Assembly: GCA_036507075.1 (NCBI GenBank) | Contig: DASXQR010000192.1 | Span: forward strand, 1 to 64,000 | Length of the DNA stretch: 64,000 bases | DNA from: Acidobacteriota bacterium | GTDB lineage: Bacteria; Acidobacteriota; UBA6911; JACQSX01 | Direction of reading: 5' to 3' | Shown: one piece after another, positions 9,254 to 18,534 of the stretch | How the letters are laid out: each line of letters starts with the position of its first letter | Numbering within the stretch: the stretch's first letter is position 1 | Made by a program: the position numbers and the translations under genes | The notes under the pieces: generated by a model | Databases searched by the model: none | What the model saw: only the letters and a program-made list of their open reading frames with translations | What the model was told of the DNA's origin: nothing

Positions 9254-10300
9254 ATGGACACGCGGCAACGCCAGGGCGGCAGGAGACTCCCGCTGCTTGT
9301 ATGTTTCTGTGTCCTTGCAGCCTGGTGGTTGCCCCTTTCGAAAATATCTCGTGGAAATCGCTTCCCGGGAAGCGGGAGCGTCGAAACCGCTTCGTCCGCA
9401 GTTGGCAGAATCAAGACTGCTGAAAACGAGTCTTTTGATCGCTCCCGTTTCGAGAGTACTGCTCCCGAAACCGCAGATCGAATTCTGGTGGACGTTTTCG
9501 TGCGCGATGAACGATCCGGAGAACCGCTCCCGATGGCGAGCATCGACATTCGTGATCGAAACGGCAATCCGGTATGCCAGGAATGGAGCGATGCGCTGGG
9601 ACAGACGTGCTGCCGGCTAAATCCAGGAGACTACCGTGTTTCAGTTGCCTGTGAAGGCCATGGTCCGTATTCCCGGACCGTTTCGCTTCCCGCCGCCACC
9701 GGAGACATGCCGCGGCAGCGACTCGACATAGCGCTTTCCTCGCTGTCGATGCTGGGAGGCATTGTCACCGATGCGTCGGGACGCCGCATATCAGGAGCCA
9801 AAGTTCTGGCATGGCGTTCGGGCGCCAGGGATTCCCTCGATCGCAGCGATTCCACGGATTCGCAGGGGCGGTTCCTGTTTCGGGACCTGCCGGAAGGAAA
9901 ATATCGCATCTTTGTGCGGCACAGCGAATACGGCGAGGCGGAAAGCGAGCTCACCGAGCTTGAATTCTCCAGCGACCGCGCCTTGCTTCGCCTGCAGGTC
10001 AGCAAGCCACGGGTTCAGGTGCGCGGAACCGTGCGAGATCAGGACGGCAAGCCTGTGGCAGGAGCTGAAATATCTGTTGTGTATTGCGAGCAGAGTGGGC
10101 AGCAAAAACCTTTCCTGGGAAAATCAGTCAAAGCAGGATCGCGCGGTGAATTTTTGATCGGAGAATTGACGCCCGGGAGCGCCGATGTCATGGTCCAGCG
10201 CCCGGATTTTGAAACAGCGTGGAAGTCTGTGGAACTTGCCTCTGCGGTGCACTTCTTCGACTTTCAGCTGCAGCAGTCCAGGCGCCAGGGACAGCCGTAA
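9254..10300 (+). CDS. Membrane-anchored protein with tandem carboxypeptidase-regulatory-like (prealbumin-fold) domains
   Basis: GIVTDASGRRISGAKV, GTVRDQDGKPVAGAEI, TDSQGRF..LPEGKY repeats; start uncertain. Confidence 0.8.
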   Translation: MDTRQRQGGRRLPLLVCFCVLAAWWLPLSKISRGNRFPGSGSVETASSAVGRIKTAENESFDRSRFESTAPETADRILVDVFVRDERSGEPLPMASIDIRDRNGNPVCQEWSDALGQTCCRLNPGDYRVSVACEGHGPYSRTVSLPAATGDMPRQRLDIALSSLSMLGGIVTDASGRRISGAKVLAWRSGARDSLDRSDSTDSQGRFLFRDLPEGKYRIFVRHSEYGEAESELTELEFSSDRALLRLQVSKPRVQVRGTVRDQDGKPVAGAEISVVYCEQSGQQKPFLGKSVKAGSRGEFLIGELTPGSADVMVQRPDFETAWKSVELASAVHFFDFQLQQSRRQGQP

Positions 10301-10321
10301 ACTGCTGGCTCAGCACACACT

Positions 10322-10343
10322 ATTCACCGCCGAGGCGGTGAAT
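10322..10343. repeat. Short hairpin resembling a collapsed 9-mer-ended element
   Basis: ATTCACCGCC-ga-GGCGGTGAAT. Confidence 0.55.
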
Positions 10344-10416
10344 GCAATGTAGCCATCTTCACAGGCCTGCATTTGGACAATGCGACCACAAAGCGTATAA
10401 GAAAAAGGGAGGAAAC

Positions 10417-11703
10417 ATGAGACCAACCATCCGTTTGTTGATTGCTGTCAGCTCTATCATTGCCCTCACAGCGTCAGCACAGGCTGCGACGTTTTACGTG
10501 GCAACCAACGGCAACGATGCCAACCCCGGAACACAGGCACAACCGTGGGCCACGCTGCAGCATGGCGTCAGCACCATCGCCCCAGGCGACACCATCCTCG
10601 TCGAATCCGGCACGTATGCCGGCTGCAGGATCGCAAGCTCCGGCCAGGCAGGGTCAGTCAAGACCCTTAAAGCCGACACCGGAGCCACGGTAATCATCAA
10701 CGTGCCCGGCGCCTCCAACTCCCACTCCAGCAACCTGGAAATAGAACTCTTCAACAACACGGTCAGCTACTGGGTAATCGACGGATTCGAAGTGGCCGGA
10801 TCGCCGCACCACGGAATCGATATCCGCGGCACGGATTTCATCACAGTGCAGAATTGCAACGTCCACAACAGCGTAAACACGGGAATCTTTCTGGCCTTCA
10901 GCTACCACCCGCTGATTCAGAATAATCAATGTTCCAGTAACGGTGAGCATGGCATCTACCAGAGCAACAGTGGTGATTACCCCACCATTCGCGGCAACAC
11001 ACTGCACCACAACTTCGGAGCGGGGATTCACATGAACGGAGATGTCAAGCAAAAGCCGGGCGATGGAATCATTTCATTTGCGGTGGTGGAGAAGAACATC
11101 ATCTACGAAAATGGAACCGGCGGAGGTTCCGCCATCAATTGCGACGGGGTGAGCGACGGCATCATTCGAAACAACCTGATCTACAACAATCATGCCAGCG
11201 GTATTTCACTTTTCGCAACGGATGGCGCGGAGGGTTCCAGCCGCAACAAGGTCTACAACAACACTATCGTGATGGCCGCAGACGGGCGATGGTGTGTCAA
11301 TATTCCAAAATCGAAAGGCAGCAAGCCCAATCCCACGGGTAATAAAGTAAAGAACAATATCCTTTACACGCCGCGCGTGGACAAAGGATCCATCCTTACT
11401 TACTCAAGCAGCGTGTCGGGCTTTGAAAGCGATTACAACATTGTGGTCGATCGCTTCAGCGCAAACGGCGGCAACACCATTATCGCGCTTTCCCAATGGC
11501 GCACGTTCGGATACGACACTCACTCGATCCTTTCCACTCCCGACCAGTTGTTTGTCAACCCGGCCGCCAATGACTATCACCTGAAGGCGGGCTCTCCAGC
11601 CGGAAACAGCGGAATCACGCTGTCAGAAGTGCCGGATGACATCGAAGGCGTGATTCGTCCCCGAGGCACGGCGTATGATATCGGATGTTACGAGTCTCTG
11701 TAG
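10417..11703 (+). CDS. Secreted right-handed beta-helix protein
   Basis: GGAGG RBS, signal peptide, FYVATNGND..QPWATLQ, DYHLKAGSPA, DIGCYE. Confidence 0.88.
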   Translation: MRPTIRLLIAVSSIIALTASAQAATFYVATNGNDANPGTQAQPWATLQHGVSTIAPGDTILVESGTYAGCRIASSGQAGSVKTLKADTGATVIINVPGASNSHSSNLEIELFNNTVSYWVIDGFEVAGSPHHGIDIRGTDFITVQNCNVHNSVNTGIFLAFSYHPLIQNNQCSSNGEHGIYQSNSGDYPTIRGNTLHHNFGAGIHMNGDVKQKPGDGIISFAVVEKNIIYENGTGGGSAINCDGVSDGIIRNNLIYNNHASGISLFATDGAEGSSRNKVYNNTIVMAADGRWCVNIPKSKGSKPNPTGNKVKNNILYTPRVDKGSILTYSSSVSGFESDYNIVVDRFSANGGNTIIALSQWRTFGYDTHSILSTPDQLFVNPAANDYHLKAGSPAGNSGITLSEVPDDIEGVIRPRGTAYDIGCYESL

Positions 11704-11709
11704 CAAGAG

Positions 11710-11872
11710 TTTTTGCACCACAAAGGCACGAAGTGCACAAAGTCAGACGAGGGGCAGGCAGAGTCCGGTCAAGTCTCAAAGCCAAAATGTGGCAGCGTGT
11801 CATGGAACCTGACCGGACTCTGCCTGCCCCTCGTCTCCGCTTTGTGCCCTCCGTGCCTTTGTGGTGAAAAAA
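11710..11872. repeat. Palindromic element, 27-bp-arm family, copy 1
   Basis: Perfect 27-bp inverted repeat 11745-11771 / 11810-11836 inside 9-mer ends. Confidence 0.9.
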
Positions 11873-11898
11873 TTCTATACTTAAACCCCTGGAAAACA

Positions 11899-13797
11899 AT
11901 GCGGCGGACCCCCTTATTGCTCATTCTGACAGCCGGCATCTCGCGATGCTTTGCCCAGACTACGCCTGCCAACGAGCCAAAACCGCAAATTGAACCAACC
12001 GTCATCACAGTCTCCGCGCAATCACTCCCTTTGTCGCAGGTAAGCGCTTCGGTAACGGTATTGACGCGCGAGCAGATCGAACAGAGTCGCGCCGAGAATC
12101 TAACGGAAGTGTTGCGACAGCTTCCCTTTCTCCATATCTCGCAAACAGGCGGAAGAGGAGGACTCACTACTGTGACACTGCGGGGCGGCGATCCGAATTT
12201 TACGCTGGTGATGATCGATGGAGTTCCGGTTAACGACATCACCAACCTGCTGGGGGGTTCTTATGACTTTTCCTCGTTGAGCACGGACAATATTGAACAG
12301 ATAGAAATAGTCCGCGGCCCCTTGTCGGCCCGGTTCGGATCTCAAGCCATCAGCGGGGTCATCAACATCATCTCGCGGCGTGGAAAGGGGAAGCCGACAT
12401 TTGAAGCGGATGGCTCTGCCGGCAATTTTTCAGACGGCAGCGTACGAGCAGGATCTCATGGCGAGCTTAAGGGCTGGGACTTTGCATTCGGTTCTTCCTA
12501 CCAGCGAAACGGCGAACAGACCCTGCTGGATCGGTTTTCCCTCGGTACCGTCAGTTTCAATTCAGGCCTGAAACTGGGCAAAGGAAAATCGTTGCATTTT
12601 TCCACCCGCTTCGATGAAAATCATGTCAGCGGCTTTCCGGAAGCAAGCGGCGGACCGGAATTTTCGATTCTGAAAGAGGCGAAGAGCAGCCATGCGGCAG
12701 AAGTGGCTCTGGCTCTTGAGTATCTGCAGCAGATCCGTCCATGGTGGCTGTATACCCTGGAGTTTGGTTTCTTTGACCGCTCGCAGGATTCCTTTACGCC
12801 TGCAATTCTGGATGCGGTTAAACCGACGCGCCGCTCTCAACCGTCATTTCAAAACGAAACAGATTTTGATCGGGCGCTGTTCCGATTCACCAATACCTGG
12901 ACGCTGCCACGGCGCTGGTCCGGCGTATTCGCCGTAGAAGCCTCCAACGAATCGGGTAAAAGTCGAACTTTGATCGCCGCTCGGTTTCCATCCAATTTCA
13001 CGCTCGACCGCACCACAAGCGCCCTGCTGGCAGAGCTGCTCTACCGTTCCAATCGCCTTCAGATGAGCTTTGGCATGCGAAGAGACGCGGCAGAGCGTTT
13101 CGCCGCCGAATACACGCCGCGCCTCGGTGTCAGTTATCGACTGAATGATCACGGGACTCGATTCCGGGCAAGCTGGGGGGAAGGATTCAAAATTCCCTCC
13201 TTCTTCGCCCTGGGGGAGCCCACTGTTGGAAACCCCAAACTGCGTCCCGAGCGCAGCCGCAGTTTCGACGTCGGCGTGGAGCAGTCCGTTCTCTCCCGCC
13301 TGCAGGCTTCCTTCACCTATTTTCACAGCTCGTTCCGCGATCTGATTGATTTCAGTCCGCAGGAATTCCGACTGCTCAACCGGTCACTGGCGATCACACA
13401 GGGTGTGGAATTCGAAACCAGCGCCCGCGTTTCCGAGCAGTGGAAAGTAGCAGGCCACGTAAGCTTCCTGAATGCAGAGTTGGTCGACTCGGATGAACCT
13501 CTGCGGGACCGGCCCCGCTGGCGCGGCGGCGTAAATGTGGACTGGGATGCGCGCCGGGCACACCTGCGCGCAGAGACACTGTGGGTAGGACCTCGATTCG
13601 ACTTTCAAATTCCTGTGCCGAATCTTCAGATTGCCGGTGGTTACTCCACCACCAACGTTTCGCTTTCCTGCAGATTGTCAGATGAGCTGACGCCCTACAT
13701 TCGAGTGGAGAACTTATGGAACCGCAAGTTTCACGAGTTTATCGGCTTTCCAAATCCGGGTCGCTTCTTCAGGGCCGGGGTGCAGTATCGGTTTTAG
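11899..13797 (+). CDS. TonB-dependent receptor, BtuB-like
   Basis: TVITVSA TonB box, plug LRGG..VMIDGVP, IEIVRGP, NPKLRPE, C-terminal YRF; start at ATG 11899 because the upstream ORF extension is repeat DNA. Confidence 0.9.
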   Translation: MRRTPLLLILTAGISRCFAQTTPANEPKPQIEPTVITVSAQSLPLSQVSASVTVLTREQIEQSRAENLTEVLRQLPFLHISQTGGRGGLTTVTLRGGDPNFTLVMIDGVPVNDITNLLGGSYDFSSLSTDNIEQIEIVRGPLSARFGSQAISGVINIISRRGKGKPTFEADGSAGNFSDGSVRAGSHGELKGWDFAFGSSYQRNGEQTLLDRFSLGTVSFNSGLKLGKGKSLHFSTRFDENHVSGFPEASGGPEFSILKEAKSSHAAEVALALEYLQQIRPWWLYTLEFGFFDRSQDSFTPAILDAVKPTRRSQPSFQNETDFDRALFRFTNTWTLPRRWSGVFAVEASNESGKSRTLIAARFPSNFTLDRTTSALLAELLYRSNRLQMSFGMRRDAAERFAAEYTPRLGVSYRLNDHGTRFRASWGEGFKIPSFFALGEPTVGNPKLRPERSRSFDVGVEQSVLSRLQASFTYFHSSFRDLIDFSPQEFRLLNRSLAITQGVEFETSARVSEQWKVAGHVSFLNAELVDSDEPLRDRPRWRGGVNVDWDARRAHLRAETLWVGPRFDFQIPVPNLQIAGGYSTTNVSLSCRLSDELTPYIRVENLWNRKFHEFIGFPNPGRFFRAGVQYRF

Positions 13798-13848
13798 GGG
13801 CTTCGCATAAGAGCCTTCGCGAATTTGCACAATTAAACAGCCCACAAG

Positions 13849-14745
13849 ATGCAAACCGTCGTCATCATAAACCCCGTATCGGGAGGGCAGGCCCACGGAA
13901 GCTCGCCGGCATTACAGATAGCGCTGGCATCCAGTATCCTCCAGCGCCATGGCCTGGAATTCGATGTGCGGGTCACCGAAGGCCCGGGGCATGCTTACGA
14001 GATTGCCGGACAATCCGTCGCCGGTGGTGCTTCTCTTGTATTTGCCTGGGGTGGTGACGGCACTGTCAACGAAGTGGGCAGCGCTCTTACATTTCAGAAG
14101 GCGGCATTGGGGATAATTCCCGCCGGCTCGGGTAACGGCCTGGCTCGTGAGCTTGGAATCAGCCGAAAACCCGACGTGGCCATCGAAAGCGCGCTCAACG
14201 GCACGGTAAAGACGATAGATGTTGGCGAGATCAACGGTCTTCTGTTCATCAACGTGGCAGGGGTCGGCTTTGATGCTCACATTGCTTCATTGTTCGGCTC
14301 GGGAGGGGCAAAACGGAGAGGTTTTCGCAATTACCTGAGACTGGGCATTGGCGAGATCTGTGTTTACAAATCCCGCCCATACAGAATTTCATTCGACTCG
14401 GAAACCATTGAATCAAGAGCGCTGCTGGTGGCAGTCGCAAATTCACGGCAATGGGGGAATGGGGCTCAAATTGCGCCCCTTGCAAGAATCGACGACGGAT
14501 TGTTGGATCTGGTGGTAGTAGAAGACCGGTCTGTTGCGAGGCGTTTCCTTACTGCTCCTCGACTGTTCACAGGGACATTGCTGGGCGCGGCGGGCGTCCA
14601 TCACAGGAAAACCGCTTCGCTGACAATCTTCAGTGACGAGCCCGTGATTTTTCACGTCGATGGCGAACCAAAGGCGCCAGCAAACAAACTGACCGCCGGG
14701 ATACATCTCAAGGCTTTGAAGGTGCGAGTCCCGAAGAGCACTTAA
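13849..14745 (+). CDS. Diacylglycerol/lipid kinase family protein (YegS/BmrU)
   Basis: INPVSG, GGDGTVNEV, PAGSGNGLA, GVGFDA, VDGE. Confidence 0.92.
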   Translation: MQTVVIINPVSGGQAHGSSPALQIALASSILQRHGLEFDVRVTEGPGHAYEIAGQSVAGGASLVFAWGGDGTVNEVGSALTFQKAALGIIPAGSGNGLARELGISRKPDVAIESALNGTVKTIDVGEINGLLFINVAGVGFDAHIASLFGSGGAKRRGFRNYLRLGIGEICVYKSRPYRISFDSETIESRALLVAVANSRQWGNGAQIAPLARIDDGLLDLVVVEDRSVARRFLTAPRLFTGTLLGAAGVHHRKTASLTIFSDEPVIFHVDGEPKAPANKLTAGIHLKALKVRVPKST

Positions 14746-14751
14746 TTCCAA

Positions 14752-15032
14752 TTGTTTTTTTGACGAGATTTCAGAAAAGACAAAAGCCGATCACGTCAAC
14801 GTCCACGTTTAAGGTCTACGTCCACGTGCACGTCAATGTCCACCAGACAAGTCCAAATGCTGCTTGAAGGAATTCAGTGCTTGAACATCTTTGTCGACAA
14901 GAGCGAGATTTGCGACTTTTTTCGTGAGCGTGGAGGTGGTCGTTGACGTCTATCGTTGACGTGCACGTGCACGTGGCCGTCCCCGGCTTTTGTTTGGTTG
15001 CAGCCTACGGCTGCGCCGTGACTTTGTGGTGC
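14752..15032. repeat. Hexamer (ACGT-core) inverted repeat element, copy 1
   Basis: CACGTC/AACGTC runs facing GACGTG/CACGTG runs, ending in TTTGGTTGCAGCCTACGGCTGC and a 9-mer end. Confidence 0.85.
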
Positions 15033-15062
15033 AAACTCATACGCGAATTTATGGGCTAATTA

Positions 15063-15620
15063 TTATTCTTCCGGTTCCTGTTTATTGGGCGGCGCAGAGG
15101 TGGCGATATTGTCGAATTCGACGTCCCCCTCTTCGTCCTCATCGTCGATGAAGAGCAACCGCCCGCTGCGTCGCTCGGGGATCGGCTTGCGCGGCGTTCG
15201 GGGCGCCTTCTCCTTGCTCTTGCGTGGGCCCTTCCCGTCGGCGCGACGCCGTGGCCGGTCCATCCCGAAATCGTCGGTTCCGGCTTCCCTGGCGCCTGCC
15301 GGACGGAAATCGCCTCCTGGCGGCCGAGAGGGCGAAAATCCAGGCCTGCGCGGCCCGGACTTTGCCCCTTCTTCGCGAGGCCGCGCTTCGTTAACGGCGA
15401 TTCTTTGACCGCGGAGCATCTGGCTGTTGAACTTACGAATTGCCTCATCAGCCGTCGCTTTGTCTGCGTAGTCAATGAAGGCGAAACCGCGCTTCTTTCC
15501 AGTCTCCCGATCTACGGGCAGAATGACACCTGTAACCGGCCCTATTTGCGAAAAATGCTCGCGCAATTCTTTGTCTGTTATGTCAAAAGGAAGGTTGGCA
15601 ACGAAAATTCTTGCTGGCAC
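15063..15620 (-). CDS. RRM RNA-binding protein with R/G-rich and acidic tail
   Basis: RNP2 IFVANL, RNP1 RGFAFIDY, AVNEARPR. Confidence 0.93.
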   Translation of the reverse strand: MPARIFVANLPFDITDKELREHFSQIGPVTGVILPVDRETGKKRGFAFIDYADKATADEAIRKFNSQMLRGQRIAVNEARPREEGAKSGPRRPGFSPSRPPGGDFRPAGAREAGTDDFGMDRPRRRADGKGPRKSKEKAPRTPRKPIPERRSGRLLFIDDEDEEGDVEFDNIATSAPPNKQEPEE

Positions 15621-15703
15621 TGAGATGCTTTCCGCTTAGGCCCTCTGAAAGGTTCATTTTCATAGTAAATGGCAACAGCGTCAAACTGCAAATTTTTGCT
15701 GCC

Positions 15704-15731
15704 ATTCTAAGCCCTCCGCCGGGAAAGTCAA
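15704..15731 (-). promoter_or_regulatory. Putative sigma70 promoter of the RRM gene
   Basis: Minus strand TTGACT - 16 nt - TAGAAT. Confidence 0.5.
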
Positions 15732-15784
15732 ATACCCAGGCTGCCTGGTAATGATCTAGTTTGTGCTGTCGGTCCAGCAAAGAC

Positions 15785-16000
15785 TTCACCACAGAGGCTT
15801 AGCGCGGCGAAGCCGCAACCAAAAGTCAAGGAGAGACGGCCTGAGGGCCGTCTCAGCTTGGTACGCCGCAGAGAGACGGCCCTCATGAGACGGCCCTCAG
15901 GCCGTCTCTCCACTCCCCAACATGTAGAAACTCCAGGAGACGGCCCTCAGGCCGTCTCCCTACCCGAATAATTTGCGCAGGCCGCGAAAATTCTTATGGT
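15785..16000. repeat. MITE/REPIN-like element with GAGACGGCC..GGCCGTCTC cores
   Basis: Shares identical 36-bp and 54-bp blocks with 33039-33194 in opposite orientation. Confidence 0.85.
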
Positions 16001-16098
16001 GAAGTCTTTTTTCTCGATGGCAGCCAAATGCGGTTATCTCAGGCCATCCCTGCACCCTACTGCTGAGCCCGCTTCTTATCCTTGGTATATTTTGATAT

Positions 16099-16818
16099 AT
16101 GCACGACTTAACTTCTTTTACGCTCCGGGACATAACCGAAGCGAGCGCCATGGTGCGCAAGATGGGGCGTGGCGCGAGGAGCATGGAAGAAGTTGCCAAC
16201 CGGATTGTCGCTTACTTCCATGGGAACCTGGCGGATGCCGGCGGGAAGAAGTCGTGCGCTCTGGTCAGATTCTTCAAAACGCATCCCTACGCGCAACTGC
16301 CTGAAGAACTGCGGCTCTTTGCGCGCAAGCTGCTCGGCCGCGCTCCCCCGAGTGATGATACGAGATGTCTGACCTTGATGGCCACCGCCGGAATACACCC
16401 GGACTGGAATTGCCGGCGGAAATCCTGCGCGCACCAGTCGATTCCGCTGTCAAGTCATGAGATGGTGTCAACGGCTCCCATGATTTCCAGCCTGGTTCGC
16501 CAATTCGGGCTCCAACTGCACCTGTTGGTGGAACCATCCCCGGCCGTGGTGGCGAACCTGGCTCAAAGGACGTTCCAAGTCTTTCACGTCCCCGAAGCGC
16601 AGGGCAGCCCCAGCGTCCCGGAACAGGATAATTTTGTCGCGTCCTTTGGTATCCGCTCGGTGATCGGCTTTGGAGGGATGCTGCCTACCGGAAATTTGTT
16701 CGCTGTGATTCTTTTTTCAACTACACCCACTTCCCGCGATACCGCGGAGATGTTTGGCAGCCTCGCTCTGAGCGCGAAAGTTGCAATTCTGCCTTTTGAG
16801 CAGTCGGTGTTTGAATGA
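16099..16818 (+). CDS. Hypothetical protein, possibly GAF-like, first gene of a two-component operon
   Basis: 239 aa ORF, ATGA overlap with the kinase; C-terminal FGIRSVIGFGGMLPTGNLFAVILFS resembles a GAF sheet. Confidence 0.8.
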   Translation: MHDLTSFTLRDITEASAMVRKMGRGARSMEEVANRIVAYFHGNLADAGGKKSCALVRFFKTHPYAQLPEELRLFARKLLGRAPPSDDTRCLTLMATAGIHPDWNCRRKSCAHQSIPLSSHEMVSTAPMISSLVRQFGLQLHLLVEPSPAVVANLAQRTFQVFHVPEAQGSPSVPEQDNFVASFGIRSVIGFGGMLPTGNLFAVILFSTTPTSRDTAEMFGSLALSAKVAILPFEQSVFE

Positions 16819-18041
16819 AAACAGTCAGGTCGGCATCCGAAAAACAGGCGATTGACGAGATCGAACTGCTGACCGCTCAAATCAGCGCCCTCGAACAGTT
16901 GCTTGATGAACAGGAACGGATCGTGATGGAGCAGTCGGACAAGCTGTTGCACGAACAGCAGCAACTTCGATTGCAGAAAAGCCTGCTCGAAAGCCAGTCG
17001 GAAGCTTCCATAGACGGGATTTTGAGCATTTCCGAAGACGACAGAATCCTGAGCTTCAACAGGCGGTTTTTGGAGCTGTGGGGAATTCCCGACGAAGCCG
17101 TGCACGCGGGACTGGGACAACTCGTGATGAGGGTGATGGCGTACAAGATGATGGCGAAAGAATCTTTCCAGGCGACCATCGATTACTTAGGCGAGCACCG
17201 CGACGAGCAGATCCGTCAGGAATTGCTGCTGAAAGACGGCCGGATTTTTGAGGCGCACAGCGCCCCTGTCAGGACTCATAACACCTACTACGGCCGGGTT
17301 TGGCATTTCCGTGACGTAACCGAGCGTAAGCGGATTGAACTGAACCGCAATCAGTTGCTCCAGGAGCTCCAGAATTCTAACCAGGAATTGAGTGATTTTG
17401 CCTATGTGGTATCGCACGACCTGAAGGCCCCGTTGCGCGCCATTGGTTCACTGGCTAATTGGATTACGCAGGACTACGGCGAAAAGTTTGACGCGGAGGG
17501 AAGAGCGCAACTGGAACTGCTCGTCCAGCGCGTAAAAAGAATGCACGATTTTATCGACGGCATCCTGCGTTATTCGAGGGCGGGCCGCGTGCGTGAGGAC
17601 AAGGTCAAAGTGGATCTCAACGTTCTGGTGAACGAGGTGATCGAGTCTGTCGATCCGCCGCCGAACATCGACATAGAGGTAATAACGCCGCTGCCGGTTA
17701 TTGAATGTCAAAAAACACGCATCGAGCAGGTATTTCTGAATCTGATCAGCAACGCCATCAAGTTCATGGACAAGCCGGAGGGCCGAATCAGAATTTCCTG
17801 CGAAAAAACCAAGGACCACTGGAAATTCAGCGTTGCCGACAACGGCCCTGGCATCGAAGAGAAGCATTTCGGCAAGATTTTCCAGATCTTTCAGACATTG
17901 AGACCCCGCGATGAGTTTGAAAGCACGGGCGTGGGTTTGTCAGTGGTCAAGAAAATCATCGAAATGTACGGCGGTTCTGTCTGGGTGGAATCGACACCCG
18001 GCGTGGGAAGCAGGTTTTCCTTCACACTCCCGCGGCCTTGA
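16815..18041 (+). CDS. PAS sensor histidine kinase, Cph1-like transmitter
   Basis: FAYVVSHDLKAPLR, NLISNAIKF, DNGPGI, STGVGLS; N-terminal coiled coil and PAS. Confidence 0.95.
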   Translation: MKTVRSASEKQAIDEIELLTAQISALEQLLDEQERIVMEQSDKLLHEQQQLRLQKSLLESQSEASIDGILSISEDDRILSFNRRFLELWGIPDEAVHAGLGQLVMRVMAYKMMAKESFQATIDYLGEHRDEQIRQELLLKDGRIFEAHSAPVRTHNTYYGRVWHFRDVTERKRIELNRNQLLQELQNSNQELSDFAYVVSHDLKAPLRAIGSLANWITQDYGEKFDAEGRAQLELLVQRVKRMHDFIDGILRYSRAGRVREDKVKVDLNVLVNEVIESVDPPPNIDIEVITPLPVIECQKTRIEQVFLNLISNAIKFMDKPEGRIRISCEKTKDHWKFSVADNGPGIEEKHFGKIFQIFQTLRPRDEFESTGVGLSVVKKIIEMYGGSVWVESTPGVGSRFSFTLPRP

Positions 18042-18051
18042 AGGAGGTTAC

Positions 18052-18465
18052 ATGCATAACAAAAGACTGATACTTATGGTTGAAGACGATCAGGTGGATG
18101 CCCGAACCGTGCAGCGTGCGCTGAAGGATATAAACGTGACCAATCCTTTGGAAACGGTCGGCAACGGCGAAGAAGCTTTGGCATTTTTGCAGAACCCGGG
18201 AAAGATTCGACCCGGAATCATTCTTCTGGATCTGAACATGCCTCGCATGAACGGCATTGAATTTTTAAAAGCCATCAAACAGCAGGAAATCCTTCGCACC
18301 ATTCCCGTCGTGGTGCTTACGACATCGCGAGAAGAACAGGACAAAATTGAAAGCTTTAAGCTTGGTGTTGCCGGATACATGCTCAAGCCCGTCGATTACA
18401 TGCAGTTTGTGGAAGTGATGCGAGCCATCAACATGTACTGGACTTTGAGCGAGGTACCGGATTGA
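18052..18465 (+). CDS. Single-domain response regulator, Rcp1-like
   Basis: AAGGAGG RBS; VEDD, LLDLNMPRMNG, LTTS, KPV, YW motifs. Confidence 0.93.
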   Translation: MHNKRLILMVEDDQVDARTVQRALKDINVTNPLETVGNGEEALAFLQNPGKIRPGIILLDLNMPRMNGIEFLKAIKQQEILRTIPVVVLTTSREEQDKIESFKLGVAGYMLKPVDYMQFVEVMRAINMYWTLSEVPD

Positions 18466-18534
18466 TTGAGCCGGGCTGACACGCGTCAACAGGAAACAGA
18501 CCACATCAGCCGCGTTTGCGAGCCTGAAGGAAAA

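Noticed and set aside
11713..11898. Cys-rich N-terminal extension of the BtuB-like receptor, or a cobalamin riboswitch
   Set aside because: The region is the 27-bp-arm palindrome; no B12-box or other riboswitch motif was recognised.
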